Notes: generated by a model not told the origin, from the letters alone. Counted from the stretch's first letter, positions 1 to 10,264 are shown. The stretch is DNA of 64,000 nt from an uncultured Methanosarcinales archaeon (GCA_964561995.1 CAZLQZ010000003.1:5056-69055), one strand, 5' to 3'. Numbers and translations: made by a program.

Positions 1-174
1 AAGTTTTTCTGCAGTAGCAGCCCCCACACCAGGAATGTCAAAAATAGTTAATTTAACTTTTTCTTCTTCTGGTTTTTCTACTACTTCTACCTCGTCAATA
101 ATTTCTTCTTGCTCTTCATTTATTTCAGGAATTTCACTTGAACTTTGTTCTTTGATTTTTTTTTCTTTAGTCAT
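1..174 (-). CDS. N-terminal part of a gene continuing past the window start: acidic N-tail followed by a helix-hairpin-helix 'LTIFDIPGVGAATAEKL', as at the N-terminus of archaeal RadA/Rad51
   Basis: Hand translation of the minus strand from ATG 172-174 gives MTKEKKIKEQSSSEIPEINEEQEEIIDEVEVVEKPEEEKVKLTIFDIPGVGAATAEKL, open to the window edge. GGTGA sits 6 nt upstream of the ATG and a TATA-like 'tttataaaaa' lies further upstream. The + strand ORF 35..226 in the track is its antisense artefact. Confidence 0.4.
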   Translation of the reverse strand, partial: MTKEKKIKEQSSSEIPEINEEQEEIIDEVEVVEKPEEEKVKLTIFDIPGVGAATAEKL

Positions 175-267
175 TATTATCACCTTCTATTTTATTTCTT
201 TATATGTTTTTATAAACAAAAAATGAAAATTTTCCGAATTTTCTGGAAAATTTTCATATGGAAAAAA

Positions 268-561
268 TTACTCATCCTTCAAGACAAGATATTCAAAAGC
301 TTTGTTTGCAACTAAAGCTACTTTTGGTAAATCATTAATTCTTAAAGAAGAAGTTGATTTCCAATTATCATCTTTATCTTGGTATCTTCGCTCAATACTT
401 ATAGTTCGGAATTCAGTTTCCTCACCCTCAGAATTTTTTCCTTGGTTTTTCCAGATTACAGCACTTACAACGCCAGTGCTAAACTTTTTTTCTATTTCGT
501 TTACTCTACTTGTTTCTAATTTTGGTTTTTTATTCATTTTATTTGCTCCTTGCTTTCGCAT
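268..561 (-). CDS. Small basic hypothetical protein (97 aa); weak resemblance to the PC4/Sub1-like ssDNA-binding fold ('IERRYQDKDDNWKSTSSLRINDLP')
   Basis: Intact ORF with a K/R-rich N-terminus. The PC4-like call rests only on motif resemblance. Confidence 0.4.
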   Translation of the reverse strand: MRKQGANKMNKKPKLETSRVNEIEKKFSTGVVSAVIWKNQGKNSEGEETEFRTISIERRYQDKDDNWKSTSSLRINDLPKVALVANKAFEYLVLKDE

Positions 562-783
562 TTTATTTCAACTATTGTTTCCAACAGCGGAGTCGATTTG
601 TAAATCGATAATGATTGTAAAGGTTATTTCATTTATATACTCTTTCCGGGAAGATGTCCAGTGACCAGTGGGTTTTTATGTCGATAAAAGAAAAAGGGGG
701 TGTCCAGTGGGTCCATCTAAATAAAAACAATAAACTAAAAAAAGTAAAACAATTTAAAGCACTAATTCTTACCTTTAAGTATA

Positions 784-1368
784 ATGCTTGAAAATCTAAT
801 GTTAAAAAGAGATTGGTTTCCACTAACAAGAATGGAAGGTGAAAAAAAATACCCTGAACAATCTAATAACATAATCCCTTTTTTACATCCGCACATAGTC
901 AAAAAGGGCATAGAACTCGATTTGTTTAATGAGAAACTCATTCAAGAAATAGAGGAAATTGCAAGTTTAGATAAAGGATATCAGATAAAAATAGGAAATA
1001 AAGAAATTGAAAATGATCACATATTCTTTCCAGATTATATACCAGGATTATGCATCCACCCACATAAAATAACACCTAGTGGATACGATAGCGGAATTTA
1101 TATCGAGGGAAATGTTGCTAAGGAGAATGGTTGTAATGGATTATTATGTAGCCAAAAAGGATTATACCGATTACCTTTTGGAATTCAGTTAAATTATGAA
1201 ATATTAAAAGAGTATCAAATGAATCAAGAACAAAAAAAGGAACAATGCACACTAAGAGTTCAAAGAGGATGGCATGATCATAATGTTTATGAGCCGGTGA
1301 TAATTAAAAGTGTTGTAATTAGTTTAAATAATGCTATTGTTAGACAAATTCATTCAAAACAAAAATAA
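784..1368 (+). CDS. Hypothetical protein, 194 aa
   Basis: ORF with no recognisable motifs; the only sizeable plus-strand gene in this region. Confidence 0.35.
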   Translation: MLENLMLKRDWFPLTRMEGEKKYPEQSNNIIPFLHPHIVKKGIELDLFNEKLIQEIEEIASLDKGYQIKIGNKEIENDHIFFPDYIPGLCIHPHKITPSGYDSGIYIEGNVAKENGCNGLLCSQKGLYRLPFGIQLNYEILKEYQMNQEQKKEQCTLRVQRGWHDHNVYEPVIIKSVVISLNNAIVRQIHSKQK

Positions 1369-1382
1369 ACAAATTTCCAAAC

Positions 1383-2423
1383 CTAAAAGAATTTCTTAAC
1401 GACTTTCAATATACCTTGTTTCCAGGGAACTCTATGACTTACACCTTCTTTATTTTCATATTCTTTGTAATGTTTTTCATACCATTGATAACTCCTAATT
1501 AATGCCTCGGCAGTAGAATATTTTGGTTTCCATCCTAATTGCTTTTCTGCTTTTTCTATTGAAACAAAAGAATCGCGATGAGCAGTTTCGTAAACCCATT
1601 TGTACAATGGACTAAGTTTTAAAAATTCTAAAAATCTCAAAATCAAAATTGTCGGTCTTGCGGGTGTTCCGATTACTCTTTTACCTGTTTTTGCATATTT
1701 TATAACTGCTCCAAAATCTTTTTTCATTGTTGTAAATTCTTTCGAACCAATATTAAAAACATCATTAACTTTATTTTTTTCTCCAGTCATACAAATATGA
1801 ATTGCATCACACAAATCTTCTACATCTAAAAGTTGATAACGATTATTTCCCCACCCAATAATAGGTAAATTGCAACCTGATTTTATCCAATCAAAATAAA
1901 TTGCAAAAACACCCAACCTTTCTTTACCTACAAAAGATTTTGGTCTTAATACTGGAATAATAATCCCTTTTCTTCTATACTTATTGCACACTTTTTCAGC
2001 CAAAACTTTAGCTTCACCATATGGACCAACACCATACATTTTATCAGTTTCAAATAGCGGATGATGTTTAGGAATTCCATAAACTGCAGTTGTTGAAATA
2101 TGAATAATACGTTTTACATTCTTTTCAATAGCACACCTAATTACCTTTTCTGTACCTTTATAATCCGTAGACATAATTACTTCTTTAGGATATAACGGTA
2201 AAGCAGCAGCACAATTAACAACATAATCAACATCTCTCATTACAAAATCTAAATCGTCTAAACTTCTTATGTCTCCTTGATAACGCTCAATTTTATCATT
2301 ACAATCTTTATAATCAAATTTTTCAAGGTCAATAATTCTAACATCATACCCTTTACTTAACAGAAATCTAGTTAAATTTATACCTAAAAAACCCGCCCCA
2401 CCAGTGATTAATACTCTTTGCAT
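1383..2423 (-). CDS. NAD-dependent NDP-sugar epimerase/dehydratase (SDR family, UDP-glucose 4-epimerase-like)
   Basis: Rossmann motif 'VLITGGAGFLGINLTRFLLSKGYDV' near the N-terminus. The likely start is the internal Met of 'MQRVLITGG' at 2421-2423, not the track's 2495. The length matches the family. Confidence 0.8.
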   Translation of the reverse strand: MQRVLITGGAGFLGINLTRFLLSKGYDVRIIDLEKFDYKDCNDKIERYQGDIRSLDDLDFVMRDVDYVVNCAAALPLYPKEVIMSTDYKGTEKVIRCAIEKNVKRIIHISTTAVYGIPKHHPLFETDKMYGVGPYGEAKVLAEKVCNKYRRKGIIIPVLRPKSFVGKERLGVFAIYFDWIKSGCNLPIIGWGNNRYQLLDVEDLCDAIHICMTGEKNKVNDVFNIGSKEFTTMKKDFGAVIKYAKTGKRVIGTPARPTILILRFLEFLKLSPLYKWVYETAHRDSFVSIEKAEKQLGWKPKYSTAEALIRSYQWYEKHYKEYENKEGVSHRVPWKQGILKVVKKFF

Positions 2424-2522
2424 TAGACAAGTAAGTCGGTAGGTATTTATATAGATATATAATTTTAAACACTTAATTCTAATAAGTGGAATCAAATAAA
2501 AATCAAAATATAATAACCAAGA

Positions 2523-2975
2523 TTATGGCATTTTGATAACTAGAATTATATTAATTATAATAAAGATTAAAAATATTAAAAATTCTAAAAATGTTCCAGT
2601 TCTTAAAAAACCCCTTATTCTTATCTTTGAAATGGGATGAAAAGGCATTATTCCCTGCCTTGTAATTAAATCACCAATTAAGTGAGACGTGTAACCAACC
2701 ACAAAAGCAATTACGTAAATTCTTCGAGTGTATGTTAAAAGTACAAACCCAAAAATCATTAATGGAAATACTGAATGAAAAAAACCACGATGTTCAAATA
2801 AAAAAGATAAAGGTTTGAAATATCTGCCCAATTTTGATTCGGGATGGTCTATGTCTGGCAACATTGACGAAATTAAAGCAATTCCTAAAAATAATATTTG
2901 ATTAGAAGGATTAAACAAAGGAATAGTAAACATAACTAACAAAAACGAAAAAGCTAAATGAGTTTTATACATCAT
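2523..2975 (-). CDS. Membrane-bound metal-dependent hydrolase (DUF457/YdjM-like)
   Basis: Multi-TM 150-aa protein with His-rich motifs 'DIDHPES', 'HRGFFHS' and 'YTSHLIGD' typical of this family. Confidence 0.5.
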   Translation of the reverse strand: MMYKTHLAFSFLLVMFTIPLFNPSNQILFLGIALISSMLPDIDHPESKLGRYFKPLSFLFEHRGFFHSVFPLMIFGFVLLTYTRRIYVIAFVVGYTSHLIGDLITRQGIMPFHPISKIRIRGFLRTGTFLEFLIFLIFIIINIILVIKMP

Positions 2976-3951
2976 TTTTTAATTTGGCAAGTTCTTCTTT
3001 TGGGTCGGGATTAATGTTAACTCCACTCGCCATGAATTCTAACCTTTCAAACATTTGATTTTTAACAACTCTTCCCGTAACTTTAACTAAACTACCAAGC
3101 ATATTCTTTTTAACATCTGCAAAAGATTCAGGTTCGTCCCTTATTTTCAACATATCTTCATCTTTCATTGAAGTTAAAGCTAAAGCTTGATCTCTAAAAA
3201 ATACTGCCCTTAAATTATCTGTACCATCATCTAAAAAAGCATTAAGTACATAAGAGAATTTAATATCTGCATTAGGATGAGCTTGACAAGCGTTTTCTTT
3301 AACACTTTTATTACATTGTGAGCAAACTGAAAAAAACTTTGGATCAAACATATCAACTAAAGTACCCAACAATTCAATATTTGTTTCATTTTCTTTTAAA
3401 TCCGCAATATTCTTTCTTTTAAATTCTGTTTTAATGGGTTGATTTGATACTTCCACCGTTTCTCCCTTGGGATTGATTTCTAATTCACTTCTTTCATTCA
3501 TATGAATTTCCATATTTCCATTATTTTCTCTTGAATATGCAGACTTTACTTTTACAATATCATTTTCTTTTATTTCATTAACTTTTTCAGCAACATGTCC
3601 CCACATTACTAGTCGAATAGTTCCAGTTTCGTCACCAATTAATAAATTCGCAACCTTTCCTTTTCTTTCACCCACTTGAAATTCTTTTAAATCGTATTTT
3701 CTCAAAACTTTTCCTAATACTTCAACATCTCTTAAACCTTGAAGAACATTTTTAATTTGTATTCTTCCTGAAAATTGAGCATTTAATTTAATATTTAATT
3801 CATTAGCAATAATATGTGCTGCTCCTTCCTTTGAAATTAATCCAGAAAGTTGATCCATTTTCTTTTTAATTTTAGTTTCAATCTCTTCTTTAGAAATACT
3901 AGAATTTTCAACAATTTTTTGAACTAAATCATCATAAGGAATTTTAATCAT
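2965..3951 (-). CDS. rpa: Replication protein A (RPA) ssDNA-binding protein with a C-terminal Zn ribbon
   Basis: The N-terminus 'SKEEIETKIKKKMDQLSGLISKEGAAHIIANELNI' matches the characteristic archaeal RPA N-terminal helix (as in Pyrococcus RPA41). There is an OB-fold region and a Cys cluster 'CSQCNKSVKENACQAHPNAD'. Confidence 0.7.
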   Translation of the reverse strand: MIKIPYDDLVQKIVENSSISKEEIETKIKKKMDQLSGLISKEGAAHIIANELNIKLNAQFSGRIQIKNVLQGLRDVEVLGKVLRKYDLKEFQVGERKGKVANLLIGDETGTIRLVMWGHVAEKVNEIKENDIVKVKSAYSRENNGNMEIHMNERSELEINPKGETVEVSNQPIKTEFKRKNIADLKENETNIELLGTLVDMFDPKFFSVCSQCNKSVKENACQAHPNADIKFSYVLNAFLDDGTDNLRAVFFRDQALALTSMKDEDMLKIRDEPESFADVKKNMLGSLVKVTGRVVKNQMFERLEFMASGVNINPDPKEELAKLKNDV

Positions 3952-3992
3952 ATTACTTTTTCTCTTCTTGTTCTTTATATATTTTATTGTTA

Positions 3993-6032
3993 TTAAATTA
4001 TTGAAACTGGTGCTTCTCCATGTTCATTATAATCAAAATTATCTTTTTGAACGCCAAGATTATTAATAGAAGGGTCTACAGGAATTAATAAAAATTCAGC
4101 CTGATTACCATACCTAAAAGGGTTTTTTAGTGGAATTAGTCCTAATGGGGCAAGTGTTACCACATTATAAACCGGTTCGCCAAATCCTGAATTTAATGCA
4201 TTTGAGATAAGAACACTGGGCATTTGACCCATAGTATGATAAAAGTAATATTTGTTTTGGAAATCTTTTGTTTCAGTTCCATCTAAATTTTCTAAAACTA
4301 AAGTTGGATCCCTTAAGTTTAATTTAACAGCAGCATATTCAATAGAAGGATAAGGGGGGATTGCAACAGTTAACATTGGAGAAATAATTTCTAAAGGTTT
4401 AATAGGTAAAGTATCTTTAGAAGTTGCCTGCTTTTGTATTTCAAAAATATTACCATCATCATCATAAGCTACAATTTTAATGTTGTAGGGTTGATTATCT
4501 ATTAAATCATTTAAAACATAAACAAATTCACCATTATCATTAAAATAATAAGACATACCATTTTCAAACAGTCCTTGAGCACCAAAATTATATTCACACT
4601 TTAACGAATTTCCGGCATTTTGCATCCTACATCTATCAAAAGGTTTTTGATTACCATATCCCCAATCAATTTCATCATAAACTAAAACATCTTTGAAAGG
4701 AATAATTGTCTTTTTCAATTTATTATCAACATAAATCTCATACTTTTTCAAATCTAAAGACAAAGTATCTTTCCAAATAACCAATAATGTTCCTTGAGAA
4801 AACTCTTTTGATTCAACTCTAAAATCCTGAAGAGATAAAAAGGGTTCAACTTGGTCTTCAATATAAACTGCGAAATTATACTCCAAATTGTTTTCATAAG
4901 ATTGAATCTTTGATTGTGTTAAGTTAAACCTAAACATCCTATTTTCATAATCACATTCTTTTAAATTTAAACCATTATATAATTTTGATTTAGGTATGAA
5001 ATAAACATTTTTTGAATCTTTTTTATAAAAATCAATTTCGTCCATGGGAGTTAAGGGCAAGTTATTAGTTTTAATTGTGTCTTTTAAGTTATATTTAATA
5101 TTATTAACCCGGGGAACAGGAACATAATCATTTTGATTTTGTTCTGCAATATGAAAATTCAAACTTGTTTGATATAAATTTCCACTTTCGTTAATTACTC
5201 TATTACCAACATCAAAATCAAAAGTAATATCTTCTTTTAATGAAGAAAAAGAGACGTAACAATCTTTCTGCTTAATTCTTTCTAATGTTTGAATGTAATC
5301 AATAAATTTAATCTTTGGATTTGTAATAATTGTTTGTTTTAATTCAAAAGGTATTATTTTATTAAATTCCTCGGTTTTGATTTTAACACAATCATTCAAA
5401 TTTTGTGTTGTTTTAGTATTTTCTTTATTATTACAATCTTCTAAATTTAGAATAAATTGTTCAATTGCTTGATAAGCGGATAAATTATAATCAAAATATT
5501 TAGTAAAAGCTGGTTTAAAAGAATAAATCCTTTTATCTGGTTCTTTTTTAGAAATGTTTATTTCCCTATCTAAAACAGATAATCCAGTTATGCTAAATTT
5601 AGTATTGTTATTTGCAAAAAATTTGAAATAGTTTTTATTTAGTTTATTGGTTACAATTAAGTCCTGAAATGATTTATTAAAAGGAACTAAAATTTGTTTT
5701 TCAACATTAGGAATGCATTTTGCATATTCTTCATTTGAATTTTTATAACTCCACAAATTAGCATTTTGGTAACTGCCACACTTGTTTTTATCGGCAAAAC
5801 CACCATTTGATGCCAACTCATATATTGCATCAATACCTGCAAGATTAGCAACAGTGTCATATTGAAAAAGTTCTATTTGAGCTTCTTGGTATTTAAAAAT
5901 TATTTGAGACTGTATTGTTCCTAAGGGGTCTGCATTGAATTTTTCACTAAAATTAACAAATGCAATTAAAAGAGAAATAAGAGTAATAAAAACTAACATT
6001 ATGCTAAAGATATATGCTTTTTTATTCATCAT
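3993..6032 (-). CDS. Large (679 aa) surface protein with a prepilin-like N-terminus; last gene of the pilin-like array
   Basis: N-terminus 'MMNKKAYIFSIMLVFITLISLLIAFV' (basic, KA|Y, hydrophobic helix). Its start overlaps the upstream gene's stop by 4 nt. Confidence 0.6.
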   Translation of the reverse strand: MMNKKAYIFSIMLVFITLISLLIAFVNFSEKFNADPLGTIQSQIIFKYQEAQIELFQYDTVANLAGIDAIYELASNGGFADKNKCGSYQNANLWSYKNSNEEYAKCIPNVEKQILVPFNKSFQDLIVTNKLNKNYFKFFANNNTKFSITGLSVLDREINISKKEPDKRIYSFKPAFTKYFDYNLSAYQAIEQFILNLEDCNNKENTKTTQNLNDCVKIKTEEFNKIIPFELKQTIITNPKIKFIDYIQTLERIKQKDCYVSFSSLKEDITFDFDVGNRVINESGNLYQTSLNFHIAEQNQNDYVPVPRVNNIKYNLKDTIKTNNLPLTPMDEIDFYKKDSKNVYFIPKSKLYNGLNLKECDYENRMFRFNLTQSKIQSYENNLEYNFAVYIEDQVEPFLSLQDFRVESKEFSQGTLLVIWKDTLSLDLKKYEIYVDNKLKKTIIPFKDVLVYDEIDWGYGNQKPFDRCRMQNAGNSLKCEYNFGAQGLFENGMSYYFNDNGEFVYVLNDLIDNQPYNIKIVAYDDDGNIFEIQKQATSKDTLPIKPLEIISPMLTVAIPPYPSIEYAAVKLNLRDPTLVLENLDGTETKDFQNKYYFYHTMGQMPSVLISNALNSGFGEPVYNVVTLAPLGLIPLKNPFRYGNQAEFLLIPVDPSINNLGVQKDNFDYNEHGEAPVSII

Positions 6033-6628
6033 TTTTTAAACATCCGATACGCAAATAATACAGTACCATTATCTGTTGGAATTAAAATCTCTACTGACGG
6101 TGAAGTGATCCAAGTATTAATTGTACCTAAATGCATTAATTCACTATTTTGATACATAAACATACCATTTTGATCTTCTAAATAATAAGACATCCTTTTA
6201 TCAGCATCATTAAAAAAAACTTCCATGCATTCATGCCAAACTTTGTAAGATTTTGCAGCCAGTTCATCATTAAAACTATTTTTTAATTTTTTTTCATCAT
6301 CCAATACAGAATAAAGATTTTCAGCTTTTTCCTTGAGCCCTTTTTTAATGAAATAATTTACCAAATCAACAGGAGTCAAATTATCTAAATCATTTGCTTT
6401 TGCAAAACTACAATAATCTAATCGCGTGTTTAAATAAGCCACACCGTAACTTAAATCTGGAATGTTTTGATTTAATTCTCCTTCTATCTTTTGTTCAGAA
6501 GCGCTAAAATTATTAGTGCATGCCCTTAAATTAAACAAAACAATAAATACAATAATTACTAAAGCCCAAACTACCCAACTCCATACATCTACTATTGTTT
6601 CTGAAGGCCCCATAGCTCGTTTATTCAT
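6029..6628 (-). CDS. Pilin-like protein, 199 aa
   Basis: N-terminus 'MNKRAMGPSETIVDVWSWVVWALVIIVFIVLF'; 4-nt start/stop overlaps on both sides. Confidence 0.55.
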   Translation of the reverse strand: MNKRAMGPSETIVDVWSWVVWALVIIVFIVLFNLRACTNNFSASEQKIEGELNQNIPDLSYGVAYLNTRLDYCSFAKANDLDNLTPVDLVNYFIKKGLKEKAENLYSVLDDEKKLKNSFNDELAAKSYKVWHECMEVFFNDADKRMSYYLEDQNGMFMYQNSELMHLGTINTWITSPSVEILIPTDNGTVLFAYRMFKK

Positions 6629-7131
6629 TTTTGTACCAACACATCAATTATTATTTTTCCTTTCCAAAAATTAAAACCATCTCTAATTAATACAGGTCTT
6701 TCTACTTGCAAAGTTGCTAATCTTTCAGGATAATCTCTTAAAACATCAATTTCTGCATAATTTTTTTGCGTATCTTCATCATCTGAAACATAATACCTTT
6801 TTACAATTGAATTAGATGAATTAAACAAGTCTATTTTAAATGCGATATTATTTTTTTGAGTATATAACTTATTTGAAAAATCTACTGTTTGAAATTTATT
6901 TAAATCTACCACCCCGAATTCAACTCTTTTAGTAATTTGATCTTGATACATAATTAAATTTGAATTATAAATTTCTTCAGTAATTGATTGCATTTGAAGA
7001 TTTTCTACTTTGATGTCTTGTAAAACAAAAGTATAAGTAATAACTGAAACAACAATTACAGTAATTGCTAAGAAAATCATTTTCATAATGTACATTATAA
7101 AATCATAACTTAATGGACTTTCATTGGCCAT
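6625..7131 (-). CDS. N-terminally TM-anchored protein, 168 aa, within the pilin-like array
   Basis: N-terminus 'MANESPLSYDFIMYIMKMIFLAITVIVVSVITYTF'. The hydrophobic helix is present but there is no clear K/R-G motif. Confidence 0.5.
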   Translation of the reverse strand: MANESPLSYDFIMYIMKMIFLAITVIVVSVITYTFVLQDIKVENLQMQSITEEIYNSNLIMYQDQITKRVEFGVVDLNKFQTVDFSNKLYTQKNNIAFKIDLFNSSNSIVKRYYVSDDEDTQKNYAEIDVLRDYPERLATLQVERPVLIRDGFNFWKGKIIIDVLVQK

Positions 7132-8347
7132 TTCTTAACACCTCAGCAATTAAAGCTAGTTTATCGTCATTATGTAATACATTTTTATTTACATTACCAA
7201 TTTCAAAAATAATGTGTTTATCGTGAGTAGGAATTATTGCAACACCATCGATTGCAACATTTAATTGATCTTTGTAAAATTCAACACTCTGAGAACTAGC
7301 CCCACAAGTTAAAGATAAAACATCAATTACAATTTGTAAGTTATTATTATTTGAACCTTTAATTTTATCTAAAACTTCACAAGTATTGACATCATTAGGA
7401 GATGTCATAAATTGTTTACAAATAGCATTAATATCAGAATTATCAATTTCATCTTTCCAAATGTCTTGCACTTCACATAATAACTTAATTTGATTATATT
7501 CAAAACTAGATTCATCTATAGTTGGATCTAAAAATTGATTGATAATATTACAGGCAACATTATAATTTTCTTCATAATTTTCTTTGGGAACGTAAGCAAT
7601 AATAAATGAATGTCGAGGTTCATAATCTCCAAATGAAAGTAAAATGTGTTTATCTTTCAAATTTTCAGGACTAATATAATTATCAGTTAAAGAGGGGTCA
7701 ATTAATTTAGATAATTTTAAAGATTTATCAATTCCCAACCCCTTGTAAACTCGTTTATTATCAGTATAAAATTCTTCTTCAAAACCATTTAATTTTGTTA
7801 TTACTTCTCCAGTAATTTCATTACCTTGCTTATCATAGTATTTATTTGCATCTCCAGATTTTAATGGCCTAATTGGAAGATTATAGGATGTTTTTGTACA
7901 TTCTAATTTTCTAAGTTCTTTATTGATTGATTGTTTTAACTCAAAATTATCCGTTTTTTGAATAGTTATTGAATTTTTTCCCACAGTTACAACATTAGAA
8001 GTTATATCAAATACTTGATCTATAATCAAAAGTTTAAGTCCAACATTTGAAATTGGAACTTCATCAGCAGTTTCTGCATATGAAATCCCGTCCTTGGTAA
8101 TATGAGAATAATAATCGTCCCATTTAAGCATTTGATTATCTTCCTCAGTTAAATAAGAATAATAAAAATTACCAGGAATTGCAGCAATGGTTGACATTAC
8201 AAATCCTAAGTTTTCTGACACCATTATTCTTCTTAAAGAATCTATGTCAATAGAATTAGCTCTGCCAATTAATGCAACAAAAATAATTCCTAATAATACG
8301 ACCTGAATGATAATAAGATACGTATCACTAATACCTCTTTTATTCAT
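7121..8347 (-). CDS. Pilin-like protein with a large ecto-domain, 408 aa
   Basis: N-terminus 'MNKRGISDTYLIIIQVVLLGIIFVALIG' (KRG|I). TATA-like 'tttatata' sits ~35 nt upstream in the 116-nt gap 8348-8463. Confidence 0.6.
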   Translation of the reverse strand: MNKRGISDTYLIIIQVVLLGIIFVALIGRANSIDIDSLRRIMVSENLGFVMSTIAAIPGNFYYSYLTEEDNQMLKWDDYYSHITKDGISYAETADEVPISNVGLKLLIIDQVFDITSNVVTVGKNSITIQKTDNFELKQSINKELRKLECTKTSYNLPIRPLKSGDANKYYDKQGNEITGEVITKLNGFEEEFYTDNKRVYKGLGIDKSLKLSKLIDPSLTDNYISPENLKDKHILLSFGDYEPRHSFIIAYVPKENYEENYNVACNIINQFLDPTIDESSFEYNQIKLLCEVQDIWKDEIDNSDINAICKQFMTSPNDVNTCEVLDKIKGSNNNNLQIVIDVLSLTCGASSQSVEFYKDQLNVAIDGVAIIPTHDKHIIFEIGNVNKNVLHNDDKLALIAEVLRNGQ

Positions 8348-8463
8348 ATTAAGAATTCTAATGTTTTTAGTATATAAATTTTGGGGAAAAGATTATGCTC
8401 ATAACGAAGTGAGGTTGTATAAATGTTTTATTTTTAAACTTAAAATTCACTTATAATCTTCAC

Positions 8464-9699
8464 TTAAGATTCAACAGTAATTTTGTACCCTTGTGCAGTA
8501 CAGTTTTTAATAAAATCTTCAGTCCCCTTAATATCGTCCCTACTAACTAAAGGATTAGGATAAGTTTCAATTAAATATTTAGCAAAACTATTAATAAAAG
8601 AATTTTCATCCCCCGGTAAATCTAACTCGGTTACTTCCTTAAAATCTGAATATTGAGGATTTTTCACTAAAGAATAAAGCCATTTGTATTCTCTAATATC
8701 AAAAGAAACAGGAGTTCCATCATCATAATAAACAAAATCACGTTTGAATTTTCCAATTATACATTTACAAGCATCACATGGTCCACCACAATCAATATTT
8801 ATTTCACCTTGTGAAATACTCCAAGATTCATCTTCACAATGTGGTACACAAATTCTGTCGCTTCTTCTGCACCCCTCGCCGTCTTGACAGTCATCATCAC
8901 CAATACAACCACACAATTTAGAAGAAGGATTACAGTAATTTGTTATACAATCATAATCACGTTGGCATTTTCTACCTATTGAACAAAATATGGGACATGA
9001 ACCTCCACAATCAATATCGGATTCAGAAGAATCTAAAATGTCATTAGAACACTTAGTAAGAAGGGCAGTCATAGAATTTATTTCAGTTCTTGTTAAACCC
9101 TTAACATCATTATTATTTTCTTTTATTGGAGTTGTTCTTATTACAATGTTTCCGTTTAAGTCAATTTTTTCTATAAGAATGTTAATTAAATCAAAATCAG
9201 TTAACGTTGTATAACTTCCAGAATATCCATAAGGTAAGGAATTTTTAAGTCTTGTTGAACCACTATAACCTTTTCCGTTAAAAATTGTTGGAGAAATGAA
9301 ATAAATATTATTTTCAAGAATTGAAGAACAAGCTAAAATTTTACTTTTTTCTTCAACTAAACAAATACAACCACCAGTTTTACAACCTAAATCTTCATAT
9401 TTTAATTCAATTGGGGAACCGGGTTCAAAAAGATTAGAACTTTTATCGGCATTTATATCAATTGCAATAAGACCATAACCATTTTTAATGTAAAAAGGCA
9501 TTTCTTTAGCAATATACTTTTCTTCAGATTCTAAAAAATATTCTACAGTAGACGTAAATCTTTCATAATTTAACTGTGAAGCCGGATGTATCCCATCTGA
9601 TAAAAAAATACCATAAAGTTTAGCACCAATCATAATAATAATTAATAATGCAATACCTGCAAGAACTAAATGCAAAACTTCACCCATAAATCCTTTCAT
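8464..9699 (-). CDS. Pilin-like Cys-rich protein, 411 aa, carrying two 'DIDCGG' Cys modules
   Basis: N-terminus 'MKGFMGEVLHLVLAGIALLIIIMIG'. Modules 'ESDIDCGGSCPIFCSIGRKCQRDYDCITNYC' and 'EINIDCGGPCDACKC' are related to the modules in 10325..11575 and in the giant protein. Confidence 0.6.
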   Translation of the reverse strand: MKGFMGEVLHLVLAGIALLIIIMIGAKLYGIFLSDGIHPASQLNYERFTSTVEYFLESEEKYIAKEMPFYIKNGYGLIAIDINADKSSNLFEPGSPIELKYEDLGCKTGGCICLVEEKSKILACSSILENNIYFISPTIFNGKGYSGSTRLKNSLPYGYSGSYTTLTDFDLINILIEKIDLNGNIVIRTTPIKENNNDVKGLTRTEINSMTALLTKCSNDILDSSESDIDCGGSCPIFCSIGRKCQRDYDCITNYCNPSSKLCGCIGDDDCQDGEGCRRSDRICVPHCEDESWSISQGEINIDCGGPCDACKCIIGKFKRDFVYYDDGTPVSFDIREYKWLYSLVKNPQYSDFKEVTELDLPGDENSFINSFAKYLIETYPNPLVSRDDIKGTEDFIKNCTAQGYKITVES

Positions 9700-9763
9700 A
9701 GTTATCAGAATAGAATTTAAGGTTTAAATACTTTTTTATTACAAATGAGTTATTTGGCTTTAA

Positions 9764-10264
9764 TTATTTTGCAAGAACACAACAACATCCATCTTTTGCC
9801 AAACAATCCTCTGCATGACCCACACATTTTGTAATTGAATCAAAAACATCTTGTTTGAAATCAGTTTTACACTTACTTTCGATATAACATCCTTTTTGTC
9901 TTGCACCAGTTTTAGAATCAACAATGTCAGAACACTTCTCAACAATACAACATTGAGAGTAGGTATCTATTTCATCATTAGAATAATCTGCTTGACTTAA
10001 TTTAAGTGCGACCTTTATTTGACTAGAAGGACAACCACCTTTTACCGTTCCCAATTGTTCGGAAGATTCAGTTGGACATCCTGTGTTTGAGCACATTCCA
10101 TAATTACTACCCACTGCATTTTCACAAGCAGAATAAGCCAAAACATTACTTGTACCAGACCTTATTTTAGTAATCCAAGGCAAACCAACAAAAGCTAAAA
10201 GTAAAAGTAAAACAACAGTAACTACCATAGTTGCCAATGCCAATTGTACTGCTTTTTTATTCAT
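9764..10264 (-). CDS. Pilin-like, extremely Cys-rich small protein, 166 aa
   Basis: N-terminus 'MNKKAVQLALATMVVTVVLLLLLAFVGL'; more than 20 Cys in about 130 mature residues. Confidence 0.6.
   Translation of the reverse strand: MNKKAVQLALATMVVTVVLLLLLAFVGLPWITKIRSGTSNVLAYSACENAVGSNYGMCSNTGCPTESSEQLGTVKGGCPSSQIKVALKLSQADYSNDEIDTYSQCCIVEKCSDIVDSKTGARQKGCYIESKCKTDFKQDVFDSITKCVGHAEDCLAKDGCCCVLAK

Noticed and set aside
35-226. Plus-strand 63-aa low-complexity ORF at the window start
   Set aside because: It is the antisense of a much more convincing minus-strand gene start (HhH 'DIPGVGAATAEKL' with an SD and TATA).
302-829. ORFs 302..664 (+) and 629..829 (-)
   Set aside because: 302..664 is antisense to 268..561. 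629..829 spans an intergenic region containing the CCAGTG repeats and has no start context.
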